From positions 992,001-1,056,000 of the forward strand of contig PS015009.1 of NCBI GenBank assembly GCA_048213135.1: a stretch of DNA of 64,000 nucleotides. The letters are read 5' to 3'. The notes below the pieces were generated by a model. That model saw nothing but the letters and a program-made list of their open reading frames with translations. It made no database searches and was not told the DNA's origin. The number at the start of each line of letters is the position of its first letter. Positions within the stretch are counted from its first letter, which is position 1. Positions 19,499-27,946 of this stretch are shown one piece after another. A program made the translations under genes and the position numbers. Origin of the DNA: Reclinomonas americana ATCC 50394 (lineage: Eukaryota).

Positions 19499-20203
19499 TT
19501 AAATGTTGAGATAATAACCGCCGAGCGAATCGCTCTTTGGCCTTGTTTCCCTGGCCCTGTTGTTGAGTTTGTTGATCTCCGACTGCAGGGTTTTCAATAC
19601 ATCCAGTTTTTGCTGGTAGATGCTGATCAGCTGTTCCAGCAAATCTTCGCTGAAGCCCTGTTTACTGATCACGGAGCGGATGTTTTTTTCATCCCGGTCC
19701 ATTTGTACCAGCGTTCGTTTAAAGTCGTCAAAATAGGCAGGATCTTCCGCCAGTACCGCTGTCCGGCGTATGCTGCGCAGCTGCAGTTTGACCAGTTGCC
19801 TGTAATTGCTGCTGTAAGAGCCCAGCAGCTCATAAGGATCAACCATCTTTGCCTGTGCCGCACGCTGTACCGGGGCAGCCGTTACCAGTGGTACGTCGTT
19901 TGTTTTTATAACCGGATCGTTTACCCTGTTGTGTTCCACCGGAACGGGTAACGAGGCCAGTGCTGTACTTTCAGTCCCTGTTGGTGGTGCTATCCATTTC
20001 CATCCTGCAAACAGTAATACCATTACCGAAGCCGCCGCCGCGAAAGTCCACAACCGTTTTTTCGGGGCGGAATGCATCACCACCTCTTTAGCGGGCTGTG
20101 CAGGCGTGCCGGCTTCCTGTATCCTGCTCCACAATTCATCACCGGGCTGGTTCACGTCCAGGCCGCTGCTGTTTTCCTGTAAATACTGTTTCAACTTATC
20201 CAT
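19499..20203 (-). CDS. Putative anti-sigma factor (single TM)
   Basis: MDKLKQYLQEN...LWSRI then TM WTFAAAASVMVLLFAGW; overlaps the ECF sigma stop. Confidence 0.75.
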   Translation of the reverse strand: MDKLKQYLQENSSGLDVNQPGDELWSRIQEAGTPAQPAKEVVMHSAPKKRLWTFAAAASVMVLLFAGWKWIAPPTGTESTALASLPVPVEHNRVNDPVIKTNDVPLVTAAPVQRAAQAKMVDPYELLGSYSSNYRQLVKLQLRSIRRTAVLAEDPAYFDDFKRTLVQMDRDEKNIRSVISKQGFSEDLLEQLISIYQQKLDVLKTLQSEINKLNNRARETRPKSDSLGGYYLNI

Positions 20204-20747
20204 GAGTAGCCACTTGTTGTGTGATACGTTCTCTTAATAACTGCCGTGCCCGCTGGTACTGGCTTTTACTGGTGCTTTCCGATATGCCCATGTTGGCGGC
20301 AATATCCTTATGGGTAAAATCTTCCAGCACATACAGTACAAATACCTGGCGGCAGCCTTCGGGCAATTTCCTGATCTCCTGCTGCAGCATCTCCATACTG
20401 ACGGTGGTCCACCATTCTCCAGGCTCTTCAGGGATGTGCTCCCACTGGTCGGCTTCCCATTCACTCCAGTAAAAGGAGCGCTTGCTGTAACGGATACATT
20501 CATTGACCACGATACGCCGCAACCATCCGCCAAAACTTGCCGGTTCTTTCAACTGCTCCAGCTGCCTGAAAGCAATGATGAACGCGTCCTGCAATACATC
20601 CTCAGCATAGCGCTGGCTACCGGTCATTCGGATGCATATGTTGAACATCGCCTTACTGTATTGCCTGTAAAGCCACGCCCTCGATTCCACATCTCCATGA
20701 ACAGCTTTCTGTACAACTGCAGTTGGTATAGTTTTAGCCTGTTCCAA
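20196..20747 (-). CDS. ECF RNA polymerase sigma-70 factor
   Basis: AEDVLQDAFI, FGGWLRRIVVN (region 2); LPEGCRQVFVL...HKDIAANMGISESTSKSQYQRAR (region 4). Confidence 0.93.
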   Translation of the reverse strand: MEQAKTIPTAVVQKAVHGDVESRAWLYRQYSKAMFNICIRMTGSQRYAEDVLQDAFIIAFRQLEQLKEPASFGGWLRRIVVNECIRYSKRSFYWSEWEADQWEHIPEEPGEWWTTVSMEMLQQEIRKLPEGCRQVFVLYVLEDFTHKDIAANMGISESTSKSQYQRARQLLRERITQQVATHG

Positions 20748-20763
20748 TGTATCGTACTAATAA

Positions 20764-20790
20764 GAGACCCAACCCGGTAAAAAGTTGGAA
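20764..20790 (-). promoter_or_regulatory. Candidate autoregulatory ECF promoter (CCAAC-N15-GTCT on minus strand)
   Basis: Minus strand ttCCAACtttttaccgggttggGTCTctt just upstream of the sigma start; AAC/TCT pattern typical of ECF promoters. Confidence 0.4.
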
Positions 20791-20884
20791 TGAATGGGAA
20801 AGTTTTTTTTGAAATAATGGTTTCATGCAAACATACGACAATATTCGTAGATTAATATGTGGACATTTTCTGCTTGCAGGGTAA

Positions 20885-20962
20885 TTTCCCGCAAAGACGC
20901 AAAGCATACATAATTTATAATAACAAACGGCCCTCACAAGGCCTTCGCGGCTTTGCGGGAAA
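20885..20962. repeat. REP-like inverted repeat (copy A)
   Basis: tttcccgcaaagacgcaaag ... cttcgcggctttgcgggaaa; 12-bp perfect outer stem; related copy at 46950-47026. Confidence 0.65.
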
Positions 20963-20990
20963 CAATTCCACGGATTAACTAATTTAGGAT

Positions 20991-21308
20991 ATGAATGAGA
21001 ACGAAACCATCGCCCCGCTGGCCGAACAACTGGGCATCAGTATAAAAGAAGACCAGTTATCATTAGGGAAACAAATACTGGTAAACCGTGTCAACGAACT
21101 TATTGTTCATGATTTCGAACGGCTGGTTGGTTTATTATACCGTTTAGACATACCCGAAAAAAAGATCACGCAACTGTTGGCAGAGCATATGCAGCAGGAC
21201 GCCGCCGTTCTTATTACCGACCTGATGATCACCCGGGAGATGGAGAAAATAAAATCCCGCCAGGCATACAGGCGGGATGACAATATCGCGGAAGAGGACA
21301 AGTGGTGA
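20991..21308 (+). CDS. Conserved Bacteroidota hypothetical protein
   Basis: VNELIVHDFERLVGLLYRLDIPE...RE.EKIKSR. Confidence 0.75.
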   Translation: MNENETIAPLAEQLGISIKEDQLSLGKQILVNRVNELIVHDFERLVGLLYRLDIPEKKITQLLAEHMQQDAAVLITDLMITREMEKIKSRQAYRRDDNIAEEDKW

Positions 21309-22013
21309 TCAGGAAGCCAAGTCCTTTTCTGTTTTAGACGGGCTGAACATCAGTTCCTGCACTTTGGCTTTATCTTCTTTTTCTTTCTTAAGATCGAACA
21401 TGGTACCAAACACATGATCCCACAAGGTAGAGCTCACACCAAATCCTTTTTCCTGTTCTTTATAATGATGCAGGTGGTGATTGCGCCACAGTCCTTTCAT
21501 CCATTTGAATGGCGGGTTCCAGGCATGGATGGCGTAATGCATCGTACCATAAATAAGATAACCCAGTAGAAAACCGGGGAAAAATGCAAACACGGAAGAA
21601 GTAACCCCGAAAAGATAACCCACGCCATACATCAGGCTGAACAGCGTTGTGGCGATAAGAATGCTGGGCACCGCCGGCATGAACAGCCTTTGTTTATCGC
21701 GGGGATATTCGTGGTGGTTACCATGCAGGATATACACGAAACGCATGGCCCTTTCACTTTCGGCTACATAATGAAATGCAAAACGATGTATAGTATATTC
21801 AAACAACGACCATACAAACATACCCAGCAGGAATACAAGCGATGTGTTCAGAAAACTCACCTGCCGCCCGGCAATACTATAGTAAAGCGAAAAGGAAATG
21901 ATAGGGATATACATACCCCATATTACCAGGGGATGCGTTTTTGTAAGGTACTCCAAGTAGCGGTTCTGAAACAACTTCGCCTGGCCTTTATTGTGGATTT
22001 TATCAAACTTCAT
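21309..22013 (-). CDS. Fatty-acid hydroxylase/sterol desaturase family (FA2H/Scs7-like)
   Basis: His boxes EYTIHRFAFH, HGNHHEYP, MHYAIH, NHHLHHY; GFGVSSTLWDHVFGT. Confidence 0.9.
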   Translation of the reverse strand: MKFDKIHNKGQAKLFQNRYLEYLTKTHPLVIWGMYIPIISFSLYYSIAGRQVSFLNTSLVFLLGMFVWSLFEYTIHRFAFHYVAESERAMRFVYILHGNHHEYPRDKQRLFMPAVPSILIATTLFSLMYGVGYLFGVTSSVFAFFPGFLLGYLIYGTMHYAIHAWNPPFKWMKGLWRNHHLHHYKEQEKGFGVSSTLWDHVFGTMFDLKKEKEDKAKVQELMFSPSKTEKDLAS

Positions 22014-22114
22014 GGCTGATTGATTGGTACAAAATTAATTAATCTTCCTGAAATGGGCATTACCCATGCTTGTCTCCGTATTAAAAACTATTTTTGAGCC
22101 CTATTCTGCTATAT

Positions 22115-23128
22115 ATGAAATTAGTTACTTATCTGAGAGACGAACATGAGCAACTGGGCATCCTGGTTGACGGCAATTTGTATGCCACCGATGTACTTCA
22201 CCCCGATCTGCCCATCAGCATGGCGATGTTCCTTAACTACTGGGACGATGTGCTGCCCCTGGCCCTGGCCGTAGAAAAAAAGATAAAGGATGGCTTTGTG
22301 AGGAGTTCCCTGGCCATACCTTTCGACAGTGCCCAACTGCTGGCGCCTGTTCCCCATCCTACCAGTTGCCGCGACGGTTATGCGTTCAGGCAGCACGTAG
22401 CCGCAGCCAGGCGTAACCGTAAGGTGGATATGATCCCGGAATTTGATCAATACCCCATCTTCTATTTTACCAATCACAACAGCATACAGGGCCCCGGCGA
22501 AATATTGTGCATGCCCGATCATTTTGAGAAACTGGATTTCGAACTGGAAGCCGCTATCGTTATCAATAAACCCGGCCGCAATATTCCCGCGTCGGAAGCC
22601 GATGATTATATCGGCGGACTGATGATCATGAATGATATGAGCGCCCGCCGTTTGCAGATGGAAGAAATGCTGCTGAACCTTGGCCCCGCCAAAGGCAAGG
22701 ATTTCTGCACCGTAATAGGCCCCATACTGGTAACTACCGATGAACTGCAGGCCTTTGAAGTACCCTGCAAAGAAAACCACACCGGCAAAGCCTGGAACCT
22801 GGGCATGAAATGCTGGGTAAATGGCATACAGGTAAGTGAAGGCAATGTAAGCGATATGGACTGGACCTTTGCTGAGATCATTGAACGCTGCAGCTATGGC
22901 GTTAACCTCTACCCCGGAGATGTGATCGGCAGCGGAACCGTGGGCACCGGCTGCTTCCTGGAGCTGAACGGCACCGGCAAACTCAACGATCCCAATTACA
23001 CCGAACAATGGTTACAGGAAGGCGATACCGTTGACATGGAAATTGAAGGACTGGGAAGATTGTCCAATACCATCGTGAAAGAAGAAAGCGACATGTCTTT
23101 GCTCGCACTGAAAAAAAACCAAAAGTAA
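22115..23128 (+). CDS. Fumarylacetoacetate hydrolase family protein
   Basis: RDGYAFRQHV, LDFELE, NDMSAR, PAKGKDF, GDVIGSGT. Confidence 0.9.
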   Translation: MKLVTYLRDEHEQLGILVDGNLYATDVLHPDLPISMAMFLNYWDDVLPLALAVEKKIKDGFVRSSLAIPFDSAQLLAPVPHPTSCRDGYAFRQHVAAARRNRKVDMIPEFDQYPIFYFTNHNSIQGPGEILCMPDHFEKLDFELEAAIVINKPGRNIPASEADDYIGGLMIMNDMSARRLQMEEMLLNLGPAKGKDFCTVIGPILVTTDELQAFEVPCKENHTGKAWNLGMKCWVNGIQVSEGNVSDMDWTFAEIIERCSYGVNLYPGDVIGSGTVGTGCFLELNGTGKLNDPNYTEQWLQEGDTVDMEIEGLGRLSNTIVKEESDMSLLALKKNQK

Positions 23129-23209
23129 AAAAGGGAGCTGGTGAGCCTTATGCCCAGTTTTGAATTTTTATTTTATTAAAGACTAACGACTCAGTACTAA
23201 CAACACCAT

Positions 23210-24094
23210 ATGCTCACGCTTGCTTTAAAAGATATTTCCACCGTTGATGCGCAGAACTACCTGCAGCACGCCATTGCACCCAGGCCCATTTGTTTTGCTT
23301 CAACGATAGATGCATCGGGTAATGTGAACCTGAGCCCGTTCAGTTTTTTCAACCTGTTCTCTTCTAACCCGCCTGTAGTGATATTTTCGCCATCCCGCCG
23401 GGTACGCGACAATACCACCAAGCACACACTGGAAAATGTACTGGAAGTACCCGAAGTGGTTATCAATATCGTTACCTACGACATGGTACAGCAAACCAGC
23501 CTGAGCAGCTGCGAATACCCCAAAGGCACAGATGAATTCCTGAAAGCAGGGTTTACCAAACTGCCTTCGCAACTGGTACAACCGCCCAGGGTAAAGGAAA
23601 GCCCGGTGCAGTTGGAATGTAAAGTACTTGAAGTAAAACCACTGGGCACGGCCGGTGGCGCGGGCAACCTGGTTATTGCAGAAGTGATGCTCATGCACAT
23701 CAGTGAGTCCATCCTCAACGAACAGCAAAAGATCGACCAGCGCAAACTTGACCTGGTAGCCCGCCTGGGCAACAACTGGTATACCCGGGTGAACAAGGAT
23801 TCGCTTTTTGAAGTAGAAAAACCCAACACCATGCTGGGCATTGGTGTAGATGCTTTACCCCTCAGCATCCGCAGCAGCCATATCCTTACCGGCAATCACC
23901 TGGGGCAACTGGCCAATGTACACGACCTACCTCTTGTAGATGCTACATTCTCAGATGATAAGCTGAAGAATATCATTCAATACTACTCCATTAACCCCGA
24001 TGAAATGGAGAAAGAACTGCACCGCTACGCGGCAGAACTGCTTGGCCTGGGTAAAGTTACCGACGCCTGGCAGGTGCTGCTGGCCTCTGTTTAA
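23210..24094 (+). CDS. Flavin reductase (DIM6/NTAB) family protein
   Basis: APRPICFASTI..GNVNLSPFSFFN, KHTLENV, PPRVKESPVQLEC, VARLG. Confidence 0.9.
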   Translation: MLTLALKDISTVDAQNYLQHAIAPRPICFASTIDASGNVNLSPFSFFNLFSSNPPVVIFSPSRRVRDNTTKHTLENVLEVPEVVINIVTYDMVQQTSLSSCEYPKGTDEFLKAGFTKLPSQLVQPPRVKESPVQLECKVLEVKPLGTAGGAGNLVIAEVMLMHISESILNEQQKIDQRKLDLVARLGNNWYTRVNKDSLFEVEKPNTMLGIGVDALPLSIRSSHILTGNHLGQLANVHDLPLVDATFSDDKLKNIIQYYSINPDEMEKELHRYAAELLGLGKVTDAWQVLLASV

Positions 24095-24173
24095 CACCCC
24101 GGTACATATATATTCCACGCAGAATTAAAGGCCTCTTAACATTTGTTACCGGGCTTGTCCTGTATTTTAGGGT

Positions 24174-25259
24174 ATGAAAAACGCCCTGCTACTGCTGCTG
24201 ATCCCCTGCTGTTGTTTTGCGCAGAAGAAATACGACTATCGCAACCTGGTACTGGAAGGCGGCGGCATCAGGGGTTTTGCTTACGCCGGCGTATTTAATG
24301 TACTCGAAAATAAAGGCATTTTACAGCAGGTGGAAAATGTGGGTGGTTCCTCCGCGGGTGCTATCGCCGGTATGCTGGTGTGTATTGGTTATTCCGCTTC
24401 GGAAGTGGACAGTCTTATGACCCATTTGCCCGTACAAAAACTCAACGATGGCAAAGGCGGCATCGCCGGTAAGTACATCCGTTTCAAAAAAAGTTACGGC
24501 ATTTACAAAGGCGACGCGTTTGAAAAATGGCTGAAGCATTTGGTGGCTTACAAAACAGGCAATGCCTTACTCACTTTTGAAGACCTTCACCGCCTGCATG
24601 CTGATAATAAACTCTATAAAGATTTTTACTGCACCGGTACTAACCTTAGCCGCCAGCGGCTGGAAGTCTTCTCCTGGCAGAACACACCCAATATGCCCAT
24701 TGCCCTGGCAGCACGGATCAGCGGCGGCATACCCCTCTACTTCGAACCGGTGGCATTGGATAATGATCTGAAGAAGATCAGGAAAAATGACAGTACCTCC
24801 TTTATCAATTATTATGTAGATGGGGGCATGCTCAATAACTATCCCATCGGTATGTTCGACAGTTGTGATTGCGGCACACATAACCCGCTTTTCTGTGATA
24901 AGGCGAAATTCAATACGCAAACGCTGGGCATTAAACTGGAACGGCAGCAGCAGATCGATTCGCTGGAACATAACAATACGCAAATACCGGAATACGACAT
25001 CCGCAGTTCATCGGAATACCTGCTGGCATTTACCAACCTGTTGCTGGAAACGATCAGCAGGAAATATCCCGATCTTGAAAATGAAAAAGGGAGAACCATC
25101 TACGTTAGCCAGGGCAACATTTCCTCACAGATAAAAAAGACCAGTGAAGGCGACAAACTCCTGCTCTATCATTATGGCGTAACAGCGGCCAACAGCTTCT
25201 TTGCGGCGAAGGACAGGGAAGAAAAAAGCAGGACGGAAGAAGCCAAGGTCAGCCCGTAA
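24174..25259 (+). CDS. Patatin-like phospholipase, exported
   Basis: GGGIRG, GSSAG, DGG motifs; N-terminal signal. Confidence 0.9.
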   Translation: MKNALLLLLIPCCCFAQKKYDYRNLVLEGGGIRGFAYAGVFNVLENKGILQQVENVGGSSAGAIAGMLVCIGYSASEVDSLMTHLPVQKLNDGKGGIAGKYIRFKKSYGIYKGDAFEKWLKHLVAYKTGNALLTFEDLHRLHADNKLYKDFYCTGTNLSRQRLEVFSWQNTPNMPIALAARISGGIPLYFEPVALDNDLKKIRKNDSTSFINYYVDGGMLNNYPIGMFDSCDCGTHNPLFCDKAKFNTQTLGIKLERQQQIDSLEHNNTQIPEYDIRSSSEYLLAFTNLLLETISRKYPDLENEKGRTIYVSQGNISSQIKKTSEGDKLLLYHYGVTAANSFFAAKDREEKSRTEEAKVSP

Positions 25260-25327
25260 CACAGACTCTCTCCAAATAAAACTGCCCCATACCAGGGTAC
25301 AGGGCAGTTCTGAAAATGATTTTCAAT

Positions 25328-26035
25328 TTACCGGATCAGTCCGCCGAAAACTTTTTTCAAAATATCGGTGGTCCGTGCCGCGAAATTGGTCCTGATGTTC
25401 CTTTCCTCTTTAGCCACCAGGTCAAACAACGCGTCTGTGGCTTTCATCGTTACAAAACTCGGCAGGTCGGGGTTGATCTTTTTGATGGTCGTGGGAAAGT
25501 TGTTGTACTTCGAAACAATATCACCATAATATTTTGTTGCGCTTACCTTATCGAGTGAAGACTTGATCACCGGCAGGAAAGCCGCTGTAAGTTGTTCCGT
25601 TGTTTTGGTACGGAAGAAATGCGTAGCGCTGGTGTCGCCGTTCCGCACCAGCCCGATGGCGTCGCTCAGTGTCATACTCTTGATCGCGTTAACAAAGATG
25701 GGTTTGGCATAGCCCGCCGCATCTTCCGCGCCGCGGTTGATCTGCAAGATGGCTTTATCCACCATGCTGCCCAGGCCTATATCGCGAAGCGTATTCTCTA
25801 TTTTTTTAGCATCCGGTGGCAGCAGTATTTTATAGAACGCGTCCTTAAAAAAGCCGTCGGTTTGGTTCAGTTGCAGCACCGCTTTTACCAGTCCCTGGCC
25901 CAGGGCCTCCTTAATGCCTTCCGCGGCTTCTCCTTCCGTTACCCCGGTTCCGGCGGTGGAAGTGCCTACCTGTTGCAGCACATCGCAACCCATCAGCGAA
26001 AAAGAGCACATCCACACGATCAGTAATTTTTTCAT
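25328..26035 (-). CDS. DUF4197 lipoprotein
   Basis: Lipobox LMGC; GIKEALGQG, INRGAEDAA, ATHFFR.KT, AKEERNIR...RTTDILKKVFG. Confidence 0.9.
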   Translation of the reverse strand: MKKLLIVWMCSFSLMGCDVLQQVGTSTAGTGVTEGEAAEGIKEALGQGLVKAVLQLNQTDGFFKDAFYKILLPPDAKKIENTLRDIGLGSMVDKAILQINRGAEDAAGYAKPIFVNAIKSMTLSDAIGLVRNGDTSATHFFRTKTTEQLTAAFLPVIKSSLDKVSATKYYGDIVSKYNNFPTTIKKINPDLPSFVTMKATDALFDLVAKEERNIRTNFAARTTDILKKVFGGLIR

Positions 26036-26126
26036 GTTGTAAAGTTTTATCCGGGATAAATATAGGCAAGATTCTTGCCAAAGCTGAAAAACAGAAGTTC
26101 ATTAAAAAGACAACGGGCCACAGGGA

Positions 26127-26173
26127 AAGCATCTACCGGCTTTCAAAAGAGATCCCTCCTTCGTCGGGATGAC
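26127..26173 (-). repeat. Dispersed REP-like repeat (GTCATCCCGAC family), copy 1
   Basis: Reverse complement gtcatcccgacgaaggagggatctcttttgaaagccggtagatgctt aligns with 40506-40551. Confidence 0.65.
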
Positions 26174-26265
26174 CCAAACAGCTAAACTGGTGCACTCCCT
26201 CTCGTCTGTTATCCGTGGTCTGTCGTCTATTTATAATATCTTTGCCGGAAATTTTTTATCGCCAC

Positions 26266-27786
26266 ATGAGCACACAGCATTTATCCGAGCAGGAGATCAT
26301 CAGGAGGGAAAAACTGGAGGAACTGCAAAAACTGGGCATCGACGCCTATCCCGCGCCGCTTTACCCCGTGAACAGCACATCTGTTTATATCAAGGAAAAT
26401 TATAAAGGAGAAGAGAACAAGGACCAGTTTACCGATGTATGCCTGGCCGGCCGGGTAATGAGTGTACGCGATATGGGTAAGGCCAATTTTGCCGTGATAC
26501 AGGACAGTGTGGGCCGTATCCAGCTGTATATCAAGCAGGATGACATTTGCCCGGGCGAGGATAAAACCCTGTACCAGACCGTTTGGAAAAAGCTGGTCGA
26601 CCTGGGTGATATCATTGGTATCAAAGGTTATGTATTCACCACAAAAACCGGCGAAACTTCGATACATGTAAGGGAACTTACCCTGCTGAGCAAATCACTT
26701 CGCCCGTTGCCGGTGGTAAGGGAGAAAGACGGTGAAACTTTCGACGAAGTAACCGATCCTGAATTCCGCTACCGCCAGCGTTATGCCGACCTCATCGTGA
26801 ATCCCGGCGTAAAGGAGACCTTCATCAAGCGTACCAAAATGATGAATGCCATCCGTGAGTTCCTCAACGAACGCGGCGCCCTGGAAGTGGATACGCCTGT
26901 GCTGCAGTCCATCCCCGGTGGCGCATCGGCACGTCCGTTTATTACGCACCACAATGCGCTGGATATGCCTATGTATATGCGCATCGCCAACGAACTGTAC
27001 CTGAAAAGGCTGATCGTGGGCGGGTTTGAATGGGTATACGAATTCAGCCGCAACTTCCGCAACGAAGGCATGGACCGCACCCACAACCCGGAATTTACCA
27101 TACTGGAATTCTATGTCGCTTATAAAGACTATGAGTGGATGATGGAAACGACTGAACAGTTACTGGAAAAAGCCGCCATCGCCACCAACGGTGCTTCAAA
27201 AGTAACCGTGGGCGGCAAAGAGATCGACTTTAAGGCGCCTTACAAACGCATCACCATGTTCGACGCCATTAAAGAACATACCGGTTTCGATATTTCTGCC
27301 ATGGATGAGGACGGCATCCGCGACGTATGCAAACAATTACACATTCATGCCGATGAAAAATGGGGCAAGGGCAAACTAATCGACGAGATCTTCGGCGGCA
27401 AATGCGAACATCATTATATACAACCCACTTTCATTACCGACTACCCGGTGGAGATGAGCCCGCTTACCAAGAAGCACCGCAGCAAACCCGGACTGGTAGA
27501 GCGTTTTGAGCTGATCTGCAACGGCAAGGAGATCGCCAACGCGTACAGCGAACTGAACGATCCTATTGACCAGCGCGAACGATTTGAAGAGCAGGTCAAA
27601 CTGATGGAACGCGGCGACGATGAAGCCATGTTCATCGACCACGACTTCCTGCGGGCGCTGGAATACGGTATGCCCCCCACCAGCGGTATCGGTTTTGGTA
27701 TCGACCGTGTCTGCATGCTCCTCACCGACCAGTACTCCATCCAGGATGTGCTGTTCTTCCCGATGATGAGGCCGGAGAGTTTGTAA
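26266..27786 (+). CDS. lysS: Lysine--tRNA ligase (class II)
   Basis: [71 protein letters not shown] box at 26237-26244. Confidence 0.97.
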   Translation: MSTQHLSEQEIIRREKLEELQKLGIDAYPAPLYPVNSTSVYIKENYKGEENKDQFTDVCLAGRVMSVRDMGKANFAVIQDSVGRIQLYIKQDDICPGEDKTLYQTVWKKLVDLGDIIGIKGYVFTTKTGETSIHVRELTLLSKSLRPLPVVREKDGETFDEVTDPEFRYRQRYADLIVNPGVKETFIKRTKMMNAIREFLNERGALEVDTPVLQSIPGGASARPFITHHNALDMPMYMRIANELYLKRLIVGGFEWVYEFSRNFRNEGMDRTHNPEFTILEFYVAYKDYEWMMETTEQLLEKAAIATNGASKVTVGGKEIDFKAPYKRITMFDAIKEHTGFDISAMDEDGIRDVCKQLHIHADEKWGKGKLIDEIFGGKCEHHYIQPTFITDYPVEMSPLTKKHRSKPGLVERFELICNGKEIANAYSELNDPIDQRERFEEQVKLMERGDDEAMFIDHDFLRALEYGMPPTSGIGFGIDRVCMLLTDQYSIQDVLFFPMMRPESL

Positions 27787-27812
27787 GTACTAAATTGTAA
27801 ATAATAAATTGT

Positions 27813-27845
27813 AAAAGGGCTCTTCATCATAAAGGAGCCCTTTTT
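27813..27845 (+). terminator. Terminator after lysS
   Basis: aaaagggctc...gagccctttt hairpin with T-run. Confidence 0.7.
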
Positions 27846-27946
27846 GATTTTTGACTTTTTAATTTCCCCTTCCCCGCTCATCACTTTCATTCCCTCGTTT
27901 CTCGCAAAACATTTATCTTGTCTGCTCAATATTAAAAATTTCGAGC

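Noticed and set aside
24174-25259. Patatin as a CBASS CapV-type effector
   Set aside because: It has a signal peptide and host-like composition, and no CD-NTase is adjacent
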